A stretch of DNA of 64,000 nucleotides from Rebecca billardiae RCC1528 (lineage: Eukaryota > Protista > Haptophyta). The DNA is taken from contig OZ251235.1 in assembly GCA_965240325.2 (NCBI GenBank), forward strand, positions 1,984,001-2,048,000, given 5' to 3'. Of the stretch, positions 45,795 to 57,935 are shown piece after piece; the first letter of the stretch is position 1, and each line of letters begins with the position of its first letter. The translations under genes were made by a program, and so were the position numbers. Under the pieces are notes generated by a model that searched no databases, was not told the origin of the DNA, and worked only from the letters and a program-made list of their open reading frames with translations.

Positions 45795-45987
45795 CGCGCG
45801 TGGTCACGGAGCCGCTCATCGGTGGCGGGTGCCCCTGGGCTGCCAGCACAGCCAGTGAGCGCCACTCTGCGAGTCTGCGGATGAAGTTGTGACGCGCCGT
45901 CGCCACGCGTAGCCCATGTACGGTTACGCGTCAGTCAGAGTCGTCAGACGACGCCGGCGACACGACTGCCAACTACGGCATATGTAT

Positions 45988-46398
45988 TGATGTTTATTCC
46001 GCCTTACCAGTTCCCCGGTCACGCAGGGGCTTATCACAGTGTCCCTGCGGACGTCGTCAGCAGCGCCGTCCGTGCGGACGAGCGGGCGGTGCGGGAGTCG
46101 TCCCACACGGGTCACAAGTCAACGTCAAGGGCAAACGGCGGCCACCAGTAAACTGATAGGCCGGTCGTTAGACCAATAGCGCCGGGGGAAAACGTATATA
46201 CGTAACCGGCGGCTTGCGTTCGCCTGCGGGCAGCGGCGAAAGCAATAGGATTAGGGGCCGAGCGCGCTCGCGCTGGTTCAGGGAGGGCAGGTACGACAGC
46301 GAGTAGTACCTGGGACTCGACCTCTCCTGGCGGTTGGATCCAAGCGCCTGGAAAGGAAAAGAAATCATGCACGGAGGGAATTCGGAATTAATACAACA
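45988..46398 (-). repeat. 3' LTR
   Basis: Identical by eye to 48433-48843; both copies give the same 86-aa ORF in the track. Confidence 0.95.
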
Positions 46399-46411
46399 CC
46401 CCCCCTCGACA

Positions 46412-48397
46412 TCATGCCGAAGGCGGCGGAGGTGGTGGAACAGCATGCAGTATCGCCACGACGTGCTTGAGAAAAGTACTCGTCGCGGTAGCATTGGTCA
46501 TGATGTCGGACCGGTTGTCGTCGGTCGGCACCTTCTGGATCAGCACGGCGCCGTCGGCTTGCGCGCGCCGCGTGAAATGGTACTTCACGTCAATGTGCTT
46601 GGTACGCTTGTGGTGCACCGGGTTGTTCGTCAAATCGATCGTGCCCTGGTTATCCTCGTAGATCACCGTCGTGGGCTCCACGACCGGCTCGTTCAAAAAC
46701 GTGACCAGGTCGCGCAGGTAGATCACCTCGCGGCAGCACTCGCTCAGCGCGATGTACTCCGCCTCGCACGTAGACAACGCGACCACGCTCTGCAGTCCGC
46801 TGTGCCACGAGATCGGGACCCCGTTGTACATAACAAGGTATCCCGTCGTAGAACGTCGATCTTCACGATCGTTCGCCCAGTCCGAGTCCGCGTACGCCAC
46901 CAAATCAGGGTGTTGTGCGTGCGTCGCGTGCCGGAAGAGGATGCCGCGCCGACGCGTGCCGAGCAAGTATCGGAGCGTGCGCTTCGCGGCGGTCAAGTCG
47001 TAGAGCCGGGGATTGGACATCCGGCGTGCCAGCATGTTCACAGCGTGTGCGATGTCGGGGCGACACGTCGTCATGCAGTACATGAGGGCACCGGTTATCT
47101 CCTGGTAGTGCTGGCGGTCAGCGCGCAGCAGGAGGGCTTGCAGCGGGCGGGGGATCTCGCGCGTCTCGCTGCACTCGGGGGTCGGTGGGTGGCGCTCTCC
47201 ACTCAGGTGGAAGCGCTCGCACACATCACCGATGTACTGGTTCAGGTGGGTAAAAAGTCCGTCCACCGTGGTCTCAAATTCGGCGCCAAGGAACTTGCTC
47301 AGGCAGTCCGCGCCCTGCATCTCGTAGTGCGTCAGCAACGCCGTCATCAGCGCGTCCAACGCGTTCTTGTCCTTCGAGATGTTCATCATCAGCAGATCGT
47401 CGACAAAGTGACCGACGAACACGTAGCCGCCATCGACTGCCCTCGAGTAGATGCACGGCGCGCTCGGGCACGGCTCGAACCCATGTTCGAGCAAACACTT
47501 ACGCAAGTGTAGGTACCACACGCGCCCAGTCTGGCGCATGCCAGGGAGCGAATTCACAACAGCCTGCACCGTCTGCGCGGCGGGTCTGCTCCGCCTCGCT
47601 CGGTCTCGTCGCATCGGGTCGTAGTCGCGCGGCAGCTCGGGCGCCGCGGACTCACCAGCTCGTGCGTCGTCATCGCCTCCGGCGTCATCGCCGTCGGCGC
47701 TCGGTTGCGCAGCTTCGCTCGCCGCGCCCCCGTCGTCATGAGCAGCAGCGCCGCCGTCATCGGCCGCGCCGTCCTCAATCTCAAAATGCTCGTCGCCCTC
47801 GCCGGTGAGCTCGCCGTCAGCGGCGTCCCCCAGCTCAGTCTCGGGCTCGGCATTGTCATCGCTGGCCGCGAATGGAGTGTGCCTCCCCTCGACCAGCGAC
47901 CGCTCATCAATGATGTACACGTCCTTTGAGTGTATCACCTGCTGCTGCCCGTCATCGAGCAGCACCTCGCGCCCCGTCCAGCTGTCCTCTCGTGAGGATG
48001 GTCGGGGCGCTCGCGGCATCGGTCTCAGCGGATGCCGTGAAGGATAGGCATCGTTGCCACTCCCATCATCATCGAGCTCGTGCTCGACGTTGTCGATCAC
48101 GGGGACCATCCAGGCCCCCGCCGCGGTGTCGTCACCGCAAGTGCCACACGCGGGCACGTCAATGCTCGCACGGTTCGTACCGCGCGCGCAGCCGCCCTGC
48201 AGGCGGAGGACATTCGAGGTTGCGTAACGGATGTCCTTCTGGTAGTCACCGAACTCGTACACCACGCCGTGCGTGGGCATCTGGTTCATCAGCGCGCTTT
48301 CACTCGGCTGCTCGATGCAGAGCGCGCTGCACGCGAGCATCATTGCCCGCGCGTTCGTCGCGACACCCGCGGCGCTGCGACCGGCTGGATGGGCCAT
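46412..48397 (-). pseudogene. pol: Collapsed copia polyprotein ORF with partial RT and complete RNase H
   Basis: SLPGMRQTGRVWY, FVDDLL, YQEITGALMY...RPDIAHAV, YADSDWA...RRSTTGY, VALSTCEAEY, EDNQG, RTKHIDVKYHF. No integrase core or RT N-terminus seen. Confidence 0.88.
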
Positions 48398-48432
48398 GCC
48401 CGGCGGTCCGTGGTTTCACACGTTTGAGCTCA

Positions 48433-48843
48433 TGATGTTTATTCCGCCTTACCAGTTCCCCGGTCACGCAGGGGCTTATCACAGTGTCCCTGCGGACGTC
48501 GTCAGCAGCGCCGTCCGTGCGGACGAGCGGGCGGTGCGGGAGTCGTCCCACACGGGTCACAAGTCAACGTCAAGGGCAAACGGCGGCCACCAGTAAACTG
48601 ATAGGCCGGTCGTTAGACCAATAGCGCCGGGGGAAAACGTATATACGTAACCGGCGGCTTGCGTTCGCCTGCGGGCAGCGGCGAAAGCAATAGGATTAGG
48701 GGCCGAGCGCGCTCGCGCTGGTTCAGGGAGGGCAGGTACGACAGCGAGTAGTACCTGGGACTCGACCTCTCCTGGCGGTTGGATCCAAGCGCCTGGAAAG
48801 GAAAAGAAATCATGCACGGAGGGAATTCGGAATTAATACAACA
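48433..48843 (-). repeat. 5' LTR
   Basis: Copy of 45988-46398. Confidence 0.95.
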
Positions 48844-49182
48844 TGTATCTAGGACGCGGATCATGGCTCATCGGTCTGATGCGGCTCTGCTCACTGCCGT
48901 CTGCCGCCTGCGCCGCTGTCGACCTGTCCAGTGTCGGCGGCGGAGTGTTTTAAAAATAATATATATATATATATATTTAATATATATACGTGACTTTGAA
49001 CAGTGCTATCAGTATCTGCCGCTGACTCCGCCGCCCACCGCCGCCGTGCGCTCAACCCCATGGCTCCGAGGCCTGGCAGCACGTAGCAGGCTGGATGCGG
49101 AGAGAGACCGGACGCGCCGCGCCGCGACCAGCGCAAGCCGCACGGTCCCACGCCGCCTGCGATCCCCAGCAGTCGTGAGTCG

Positions 49183-50338
49183 TCATGCGCGGCTGCCCTC
49201 CGCCTCGGCCGCGCAGTCCTCGTACACGCGCTTGAGGTAGTTGAGGTTATTCTGCGCGCACACCTTGGGCGCGCCCATGCCGGGCAGCACGTCCTGCTCG
49301 ATCAGCGACCAGCCCGTGTAGTTCGCCTTCGCCTGCCAGTTCACGATCGCCTTGAAGTCGACGCACCCTTTGCCCAGCTCGCAGAAGACGCCATGCTTGA
49401 TCGCCTCGAAGTAGTCCCAGCCATGCGCGCGCGCCTTCTCCGCGACCGCTGGCTCGCAGTCCTTGCAGTGCACGTACTTGATGCGGTGGCCCACCTTGGC
49501 GAGGTACTCGTGCAGCACCTTCGGGTCGTTCTGCCGGCTGCCGTACATCACGTGCCCACCATCGAGCGTGAGGTTCACGTACTTGGGGTCGGTGAGCGAG
49601 CAGAACTTGTAGACCTCCTCCGGCGTTTCGACAAAGCCGGCACAGTGCGGGTGGAAGCACACGCGCACGTTGTACTGCTCGAGCACGGCCTTGCCGATCA
49701 GGTTGGCCCCGTCGGCGAAGATCCGCCACTCCGCGTCCGTCAGCCCCATCTGCGCCGTCACCCGCCCGGCGTTCTTCGTGCGCACCGGGTCTGTACCGTT
49801 CTCGTCTGCGAGCACGAGCACAGGTCGATGCCGGTCGCTCGCGACTGAGTTGAGCAGCTTGGCGAGCTGCAGGCCCTCCTTGACGCCCGCCGCGTGCTTC
49901 GTCGCATCCTTCAGCTTGACCGGCAGAAACGCGCCGAGCATCACCAGCGAGCGCGAGGTGAGCTCGCGCTTGAGCAGCGGTGTGAACGTGGGCATGTATC
50001 TGTGGTGGTGCGGTGCGTGTGCGCCAGTGCGGCGCGCGCGCGCGGTGTGCGTGGCGCGTGGCGGGCGCGGCGCGCGGCGAGATGCGCGGGTGAGGCGGGT
50101 GACGCGCGGCGCCGTGGTGTGGCACGGGCACCTCGGGCCGCGGGCGAGAGCGCGCGCACCCCCAGTCGCCGAGCTCAGTCGCGGTGTAGCCGCAGTCGCG
50201 GAGCTCGTCGAGCATCTGGCTGAACTCAATGCCCTCGCCCTTGAAGTCGTCGAACTCCAGAGCGCCCCAGGAACATGGGGCGTTGCCGATCTCGATCGCT
50301 CGGATGCGCCGCGCGAGCTCATTGCCGCTCACCGCCAT
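49183..50338 (-). CDS. iolE: IolE/MocC-like inosose dehydratase (xylose-isomerase-like TIM barrel). Inferred intron 50000-50159
   Basis: IGNAPCSWG, GYTATELGDWG|YMPT, FHPHCAGFVET, LTLDGGH, YVHCKD, FCELGKGCVDF, GWSLIEQD. Confidence 0.8.
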
Positions 50339-50770
50339 GAGGATCACACGCGCGCCCAGGCGCTCCCCGCACGCTCTCACGCCCGCGGTCGGACTCCGAG
50401 ATCTCGATCGGCTCCGCCGCTTGGCCGTCGTGGTCCAGGACTCTCTGGCTGATTTCTCCGGCTTGGAGCACCGGATCCATCCGGAAACCGAGCGACTGCG
50501 CACCGCAGGCACCACCTCAGTCTCACTTTGACTTACGCCCACCGGCACGGTCAGTCACGCGCTAGTATCGGCGAAGCCGAGCCTGGCGAGCACGGGCTCA
50601 GCCAACAACAGGCAACAGCCATGCGCACAGCCGCACGGTGGCCGGGCGCACGGTCAGTCAGCGCGAAGACGGCCGGCAGCGGCGCTTACAAACATCCCAC
50701 GAATATATGCCCGCGCTCGCGCTCGCCAGCCACCGCCGGAGCTGTGCGTGCGCGGCCCGGCAGGTCGCCA

Positions 50771-52432
50771 TCATGGTTGTGCCCCTGGCCGAGCGGCGCC
50801 GTCGCTCGGCGCGGCCGCGGCCGCGCGCGCTTTCGCGCTTGTCAAGCCGTTACTGGGTGTGCCGGCCTCGCTCGCACCGTTTCGCCTGCTGCTGCTGGCG
50901 GTGCCGTCGAGCCCGTTGCGCGCACCGCCGCCGCGGCGCGCCCTCTCGGCCTCGGCCTGCGCGCGCGGGCTCGGCTCGTCCTCCTCCACCGCGGTCATCG
51001 GCGCGTGCCGGATCTCGTCAGGCTCGTCCTCGGCGGCGGATGGGATCCGCTGGCCCCGCGCGCGGCTCCTCCAAGCCTGCTTGGCGTTGGGCATCGGAAC
51101 AAGCTCCTGCCACTGCGCAGAGTCGACGCGCTTCAGCCCGACGGCGCCGCTGCGCGAGGGCTCGGGCGTGTTCGCCGCGACGGAGGGCACCGAGTAGTAC
51201 ACGAGCGTGCCGAGCACCACCACGACCGTCGCCGCGCCCTTCGCGGGCGTGAGGCACTGGCTCTCCTGCCGGTGGCAGAAGGCGACTGACGAGGCGGCAA
51301 ACAGGAGGATGGCCTTGAGGCCCTGCAGCAGCCCTGTGCTCACCGAGCCCTCGATCTGGCAGATCACGAACCACGCGATGTTGTGGATCCAGTTGTTGAT
51401 CGTGTGCGACGCGAAGAGGAACACGAGGTACCCCGTCGACGCGTCGGCGTCGCGCGTCGGCTGCGCCACCAGCACCTCCCAGCGCGGCACCGTGTACACG
51501 CACAGGTACGCGCCAATCAGAAGCGTGCCCCACACGCCCATGTACCATAGGAAGTCGATGGGCGTGAGCCCGTCGCCGCGCACGAGCGCGCGCTCGCACA
51601 GCACGTACTCCAGCCCGTACCCCACCGTGCCGATCAGCGTGAGCGCGATGCCCACCACCACGCGCTTGCCGGTGGTGGACGAGGTGTCCTCGCCGGCCGC
51701 ACTCAGGACGAGCCCGCTCGTCACGAGCAGGATCCCGAGGACTTGCACCGGCTTGAGGCGCTCGCCGAGGATGATCCAGCGGAGGAGCGCGGCCCAGCTG
51801 GACACGCTCGAGAATATGATGCCGAAGATCGCCGAGCCGCTCATCGTCAGCCCGATCGCCGTCAGGGTCGTGCCCACCACGTCGCACACCGACGCGACGA
51901 TCACGTCGACGTTTGTGAACATCGGGCGCCACGGCGGCAGCTTCGGCTGGCCGGGGATGCAGCCGAGCGTCGTCGTGCACGTCGGGTGGCGCAGGTCGCA
52001 CTTGAGCAGGAGGAACCGCCCGGGTATCAGCGAGAGCAGCATGCCGCCGTACCAGTCCAGCGTGGGCAGCTGCGCGGTCGGCCGCTCCGCCACGCCGGCA
52101 TACACCATCAGCTGCATGCCCACGCCCCACCACACGCCCGTGGCGAGGAAGGCGATGCGCATCATGTGGATGTAGCAGCAGTTCGGCACAGCGGGCTGCC
52201 CGTCGTCTGCGCCGTCGCGCCCGGCCGCATCCGCGCCCTGCCCGCTCTCCCCGCCGTCGTCTGCGCGCGCGGCCGAGTGCGCCTTGCCGTGCGACCTGTC
52301 GCCGTTGGCGCTCTCGGCAGCGGAGGGCAGCGTCTCGGCCGAGGCCGACAGCCCCATCAGCGCGAGGCCTTCCCCATCGGTGTCGACCTGTGCCGGCCGC
52401 TCGGCACGCGCGCCGTGCCCCTCGCGAGACAT
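50771..52432 (-). CDS. DMT-superfamily (EamA/SLC35-like) transporter
   Basis: About 9-10 hydrophobic segments, including IIFSSVSSWAALLRWIILGERL and GLEYVLCE. Confidence 0.8.
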   Translation of the reverse strand: MSREGHGARAERPAQVDTDGEGLALMGLSASAETLPSAAESANGDRSHGKAHSAARADDGGESGQGADAAGRDGADDGQPAVPNCCYIHMMRIAFLATGVWWGVGMQLMVYAGVAERPTAQLPTLDWYGGMLLSLIPGRFLLLKCDLRHPTCTTTLGCIPGQPKLPPWRPMFTNVDVIVASVCDVVGTTLTAIGLTMSGSAIFGIIFSSVSSWAALLRWIILGERLKPVQVLGILLVTSGLVLSAAGEDTSSTTGKRVVVGIALTLIGTVGYGLEYVLCERALVRGDGLTPIDFLWYMGVWGTLLIGAYLCVYTVPRWEVLVAQPTRDADASTGYLVFLFASHTINNWIHNIAWFVICQIEGSVSTGLLQGLKAILLFAASSVAFCHRQESQCLTPAKGAATVVVVLGTLVYYSVPSVAANTPEPSRSGAVGLKRVDSAQWQELVPMPNAKQAWRSRARGQRIPSAAEDEPDEIRHAPMTAVEEDEPSPRAQAEAERARRGGGARNGLDGTASSSRRNGASEAGTPSNGLTSAKARAAAAAPSDGAARPGAQP

Positions 52433-52684
52433 GCCCGACCGACAGGAGCGAGGGCGAGCGTTGAGGGCAGCGCCGCCACCACGTACGGCAAGGTCGAAAG
52501 GCGATGAAAGCCCGCGATTCTGGTTGCATGAGTTAGTTTTCGCGGTATATCGTACCCGCGCGGCGCGCCGGCGCCCCCGCGGCCGGGCGAGGGCCGCCGG
52601 AGTCCACCCCGGACGTGGGCCGAGCGACCGGAATACCGGATTGAAATCGATGGCAGGACGAATCAGCCTCTAACCCCCGCATCG

Positions 52685-54467
52685 ATGGAGGCGGACGCGC
52701 CCGGGGTGGCCGAGAATGGGGGTGTTGCGCACAATGGCGCACCCCCCGCGAGCGAGCAGCACCACGCTTCCATCGTAAGCGCGAAAAGCCGGAGCAGCGA
52801 GCCCGAGGGCTTCGTGGGCGTGGAGCTCACCGCCATGGGTGGCGCCAGTTGCGAGCCTGCGACGCCCGAGCATGCACCGTCCGCCGCGCCGAGCAGGCGC
52901 GGAGGATGGTGGTCGATGGGCTCGCGCAGGCGCGCCAAGGCCCCCGGCCGTGGCAAGCCCGCGACCAATGGCGCGAGCGGCGGCGTGCACCACGACGACC
53001 TCGCCCCGATGAAGCCCGCGGACGAGGGGGAAGCGGAGAGCTCTGAGGACCACGGGACGGGCGCCGCGCACTCGAGCACCGTCGCGATGAGCGTGGTGAC
53101 GATCGTGAAGGCGTACATCGGCTCGGGGATCTTTGGCCTGCCGTACGCCTTCAGAGCAGGCGGCTGGTTCCTCGCGCCGGCCGGGCTCGCGCTCATCTCC
53201 GTCATTTCGAACGGGTGCGTGCTGCTGCTCGTCGACTGCAAGACGGCGGCGCGCTCGGGGGACGTGCGCACGTTCGGGCAGGTGGGGCGCGCCGCCTTCG
53301 GCTCGGTGGGCTCCGCGGTCGTGAACGCCAACCTTGTGCTCACGCAGGCGGGCTTCTGCGCTGTGTACGTCATCTACCTGGGTGCGCGCGCGCGCGGCGC
53401 ATCTCGCGATCGCACCTCGCGATCGCACCTCGAGATTGCGATCTCGTCTGCACGGCTGCTGACACGGCCGTGCGGCCTGCGCGCGCGCTCGCGCCGCCGC
53501 CGCGCTCGCCCCCCGGCGCCGGCGGGCAGGGAGCAACCTCACCCAGCTGCTCGACTACCACCTGGGCGTGCGCATCGTGCCCGCCCCGGCTCAGCAGCCC
53601 AGCCTCGAGGCCGACGAGCTGAACGAACACGCATTCGTGTTCCTCGTTCTCTGGCCGGCCCTCTCGCTGCTGTGCTCGCTGCGCTCGCTGCGTGGGCTCG
53701 CGCCGCTCTCGCTCGTCGGGAGCGCGCTCGTGCTGACGGCGCTGTGCGCGGTGGTGTGGTTCGCGCGCGGCCAGTTCGCACCGGGCCGGCCGCGCGCGCT
53801 CGTGCGGCCGGTCGGCCCTGCCGACTCGCTTCCAATTTTCTTCTCGATGGCAATCTACTGCTTCGAGGGCATCGGCCTGGCGCTGCCGATCGAGAACGCG
53901 ATGAGGGAGCCCGAGGCGTTCAAGCCGGTCTGGCTGATCAGCATGGCGGCCGTCACCTGCCTCTTCATCGCGTTCGGCGGGTACGGGTACGCGGCGTACG
54001 GCGCGAGCACAGCGAGCAAGATCACGGACATGCTCCCGCGCGCCTCGCGCATCGCGACGCTGGTCAGGCTGGGCGTGTGCGGCTGCCTCGTGCTCAGCTT
54101 CCCGATGATGATGTTCCCCGTGTTCGAGATCGTCGAGGGGAAGTGGCCGCTCAAGACGGTGCTGCGCCGCGGGCGGATGGGCGGCGCGGTGCGCATCAGC
54201 GTGCGTGCGCTCATCGTCCTCCTCGTGTGCACCTTCGCCTCGCTCATCCCCGACTTTGGCCTCGTGATCTCGCTGATCGGCGCGCTCGGGTGCAACGCGA
54301 TGGCGTTCATCCTCCCGACCATCTTCCACATCAAGATCTGCTGGACGAGGCTCGGCACGCTCACCATCCTGCGCGACGCGCTGATCGCGCTGTTCGGCAC
54401 GCTCGCGCTTGTCGTGTGCACGTACACCACGGTGCTCAAGATCGTGCGCGGCGAGCGGACGCACTGA
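52685..54467 (+). CDS. AAAP-family (SLC36/AVT3-like) amino-acid transporter. Inferred intron 53382-53529
   Basis: IVKAYIGSGIFGLPYAFRAGG, TQAGFCAVYVIY, IYCFEGIGLALPIENAM, FGLVISLIGA, AFILP. Confidence 0.93.
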
Positions 54468-54744
54468 CGATTCAGAATATTCAGATCGCGAAGGCAGCAG
54501 GGTCGCTTTGGAGTCTGCTGAATGAGTCTGAGTGATGATGCATGTACAGCATTATGTCAGTACTGAGAGCCTGCAGTGACGGGGCCGCAGCGCTGCTGTT
54601 TCAATGTTCGTCCGTCCTATAAGGTGGACTTGGCCGACTTGGGACTTGGGTCACTGGAGCACAGTGACAGTGGTCACTCTGTGCAGACTGCAAGTCCGGT
54701 TTCGGACTTTCGGTGCTCGTTCGCCTCCCCGGCGAAGCAGTACG

Positions 54745-55215
54745 ATGGCGGCCGGGCGATCGCTTGCGGAGCCGCAGTACCTTGCTTCGGCTGAGCATGT
54801 CGACCAGACACTCCTCGCGGAGCGACAACGCGCCGTGCTCCTCCGTTTTGGGCGGCGCAACGACCCGACGACGGCGACCGTGGATGTCCTTCTGCACGAG
54901 GCTGCGCATGAGCTCTGGCTGTACTGCGTGATCTATCTTGTCGATCTGGACGATGTGCCCGACTTTATCGATGTGTACGAGCTGTACGACCCGTGCAGCC
55001 TGATGTGCTTCTACCGCAATAAGCCGCTGGTCGTGGACGTTGGGCACGGGCCGGACACAAAGATCACTTGGCCCCTCTACGACAGCGGGCGACTTGCAGA
55101 TGCGATTATTCACGCGTGCCAGTCCACCCGTGGTGGGACTGACAACGAGAGCTCGCGCCAAAGAGGCTTCTTCGTCGGGGCGTTCCAGGGGCTCTTCTTT
55201 GGCATGCCACTTTGA
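54745..55215 (+). CDS. Divergent Dim1/TXNL4-family thioredoxin-like spliceosomal protein
   Basis: VDQTLLAE..RAVLLRFG, VIYLVDLDDVPDF..VYELYDPCSLMCFYRNK, VDVGHG...KITW. Confidence 0.85.
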   Translation: MAAGRSLAEPQYLASAEHVDQTLLAERQRAVLLRFGRRNDPTTATVDVLLHEAAHELWLYCVIYLVDLDDVPDFIDVYELYDPCSLMCFYRNKPLVVDVGHGPDTKITWPLYDSGRLADAIIHACQSTRGGTDNESSRQRGFFVGAFQGLFFGMPL

Positions 55216-56870
55216 GAGCGACAGCGCACGGCGTAGCTGCAAGGAGGAGCCCGGGCACGACCAGGATATGACGGCTATCGACAACCAGCGGCTTCACTGG
55301 ATTCTGGCTGGGCTAGTAAAGTCTGCTCACGGCCAGAGTGGCGGCGGCGGCCGCCGACCGGCGCTGGCCGGCAACTTATTCTGCTACTACTGGATCGGTG
55401 ACGACATATGCCGGTGCGATGATGGCGCCGTTCATCCGCGGGACTACCGGATCCGACTCATCCGAGGGATCCGGAATATTGGGCACCGATCGACGACGAC
55501 GACAATCTGATTTGACAATCAGAATCACGGCGGGCGGCGGAAATTCACCCTACGGCGGCGTCGGAAAGCCGCGTCGGATCGTCGATCTGATCCTCGCCCG
55601 GCGCCCTCGGGCTGAGGCTCGGACCATCGTCATCGTGATCGGCCGGATCGGGGGCATCGGCATCGGCAGGTGCCGTGACCATGGTCAATAAATGCGCATG
55701 GTCATTACGAGTCCACGAGGCACGACTAGTACTGCCTACTGGTACACCGGCACGGCAGATCATATCGACATATATATATGTCACATGTGCGTGAAAGTAG
55801 CTAGCTGCTATATATACGTCGGACTTGCCGCGCCACAATTACAATTGCATCGGCCGGGCGCGGTCGAACCTCGTCGTCAAATCTGGCGGGTTATTCCGGC
55901 TCCCGCCCGCTCCGGCGGATCCCGCCGGCTTTTGTTATTGTAATAATAAAATATTTCGTCGTCGTATAGCTTAGCTAGTCATGTGATGGCCCGCGGTGCA
56001 GGGCGGAGCGCGCAGCGTGGAGCCCGCACCAGCGGGCCCGAACCACGTTTCAAAAAGATCTTTGATCAAGAAAAAAGGGACGGGGGGCGGCGGAAAAAAA
56101 GGGGCGGGGGGCGATTTTTAGGGCTGGCGGAGACCGAGTTTCGAGTTTTTGAGATCGCATTGAGAGGTCTATCAGGCCAAAAAAAACCGCGCCCAGCTGA
56201 TTCCCGTAAGTAAAGTGCGATCTGGACGTCAGCTGGACGTGGCATTAGTGTAACGGTTCGTTACGAGCGAATCGTACTCGTCTTCCCGGATCGCGTGACG
56301 TCCGGACTGGGCCACATCCGGATCGTCGGAGGTGACGTGCCCCGGCACGATGGGCGATGGCGGATATGCGGGACGGCGCCTGCACGTGCCTCCGGACCCG
56401 CCTCCCGCTTGCTGCTCACGCAGTCAGCTGCGACCGTGGCGCATGATCGCAGAAGCAGTGCCGGCAGTACGGCCTGCATCAGCTAGTGCCGCGCCGTCGT
56501 GGCGCGCGCGGTACGGTTGCGCGTTTGCAGCGCTCGCCGGCTCGGCGACGGCACGCGCGTGCGGCTCAGGTGTGTCAAATGCGGTCTCGTCGGCGCGCTT
56601 TCGCCTGCCACCTCGTGCACCCGTGCCGCCAGTTTCATCGTCTTCATGAGGACTGCTGCTGCTGTCGCCATCCGCTCTCCATCACCCCGAGTCGCCGGTC
56701 GCGCGGCGCGTGCGGTAGGCACTAGGCAGGGCGTACGGTCACTCACCCGTGCAACGGGTCAAGTGGCCAGAGTACGTCTGGTCGTTGGCTGGCACGGGCC
56801 GCAGCGCTAAAGCACCCTGCTGTCACACCCGACTCCTTCAGTACTCCGAGCTCCGCGGCACGACTCACTC

Positions 56871-57016
56871 GGCACGATCGCGGACGGGTCGGATCCGAGC
56901 TGATCAGCCAGAGTTGGACACAGTTTGGCAGCTACTAGTAGTAATTCCGATGCCGATGGCACGATCGCGGACGGGTCGGATCCGAGCTGATCAGCCAGTT
57001 GGACATTTGGCAGCTA
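56871..57016. repeat. Imperfect ~60-bp direct repeat (56871-56934 and 56958-57016)
   Basis: GGCACGATCGCGGACGGGTCGGATCCGAGCTGATCAGCCA...GTTGGACA...TTTGGCAGCTA occurs twice. Confidence 0.9.
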
Positions 57017-57269
57017 GTTGTCAGACGGACGTCCGATTTGACGACCGGTGCCGGGTGCGGTCTCAGGTCCGCTGCTGTGATTGTGTGAAGTGTGAATGAG
57101 CAGTCTCGCGGTCGCGCAGGCAGGGCGACGGTCGGACTAATATAGCTTCAGTCATCTCAGAACCGACTTCAACTGGCGAACTGCCACTACGGCGGAGAGC
57201 CGCGATTGCACGGCCACCGCGGGCCCCCAACTGCGTTGATTCTATGCAGAAAAGGACCGCGGAACGCGG

Positions 57270-57271
<2 letters not shown>

Positions 57272-57321
<50 letters not shown>
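57272..57321. repeat. (TA)n microsatellite
   Basis: About 25 TA units. Confidence 0.97.
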
Positions 57322-57326
<5 letters not shown>

Positions 57327-57935
57327 AATATATTTAATTCGCATTATATTACAGCAGCGATGATCGCCGTCGGCGGGCGGAATTCTGATCGACGATGACT
57401 GATATGACGCGAGGACTGACGCGAGCATTGCCCGAGCTTGGCAAGCCCTTAGTCGCTTCAAGGAGCCTGGCCCGCGGTGCCTGGAGTGAGTAGCCAGTGA
57501 CGCTGCGCGGCTCGCGCCACACCGCGCCGGCGGCTGCCGGCGCCGCCGCGGCGCGCCCGCGGCCGCGCGACCGTCACTCGACACTTGTCAGCGATGCCGA
57601 TGTCCAGCGGGTCGGCGGACCGCAGGCGCACCGCCCTCCGAAAGAGTCCAGGCTCCCGGCGCGCGCGGGGCCGCCCCAAGGCCAAGGCCTGACGAGATGC
57701 CAGGCGCAGTCCCTCCTGCTGACCAGCATCCGGTGCGGCTGCCGGCCGGCGGCTGTACGCCACGGCCGCGCCGATGCTGGGCCGTGACGCTCACGGCGAA
57801 CGCGGGCACGCCTGCGCCGGCGTCGGCGGCTGCTTTCGTCTCGCACGGCGCCGGGCGCCGTCGCCTGCCGCTCCGTGGCCACGCGCTCGCAGCGCATCGG
57901 CATCGGCGGCTCAGCGCGGAGGCAGATGGCGGACG

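Larger units (their letters stand above)
45988..48843 (-). mobile_element. Internally deleted Ty1/copia LTR retrotransposon (2856 bp)
   Basis: 411-bp TG...CA LTRs, 5-bp TSD TGTAT (45983-45987 and 48844-48848), polypurine tract at 46399-46406, copia RT/RNase H remnants. Confidence 0.96.

Noticed and set aside
46112-46372. Duplicated 86-aa ORF (also 48557-48817)
   Set aside because: It lies within the LTRs and starts at a non-ATG codon; not an independent gene.
56871-57016. Possible CRISPR-like repeat-spacer unit
   Set aside because: Only two imperfect ~60-bp copies, eukaryotic context, no cas genes.
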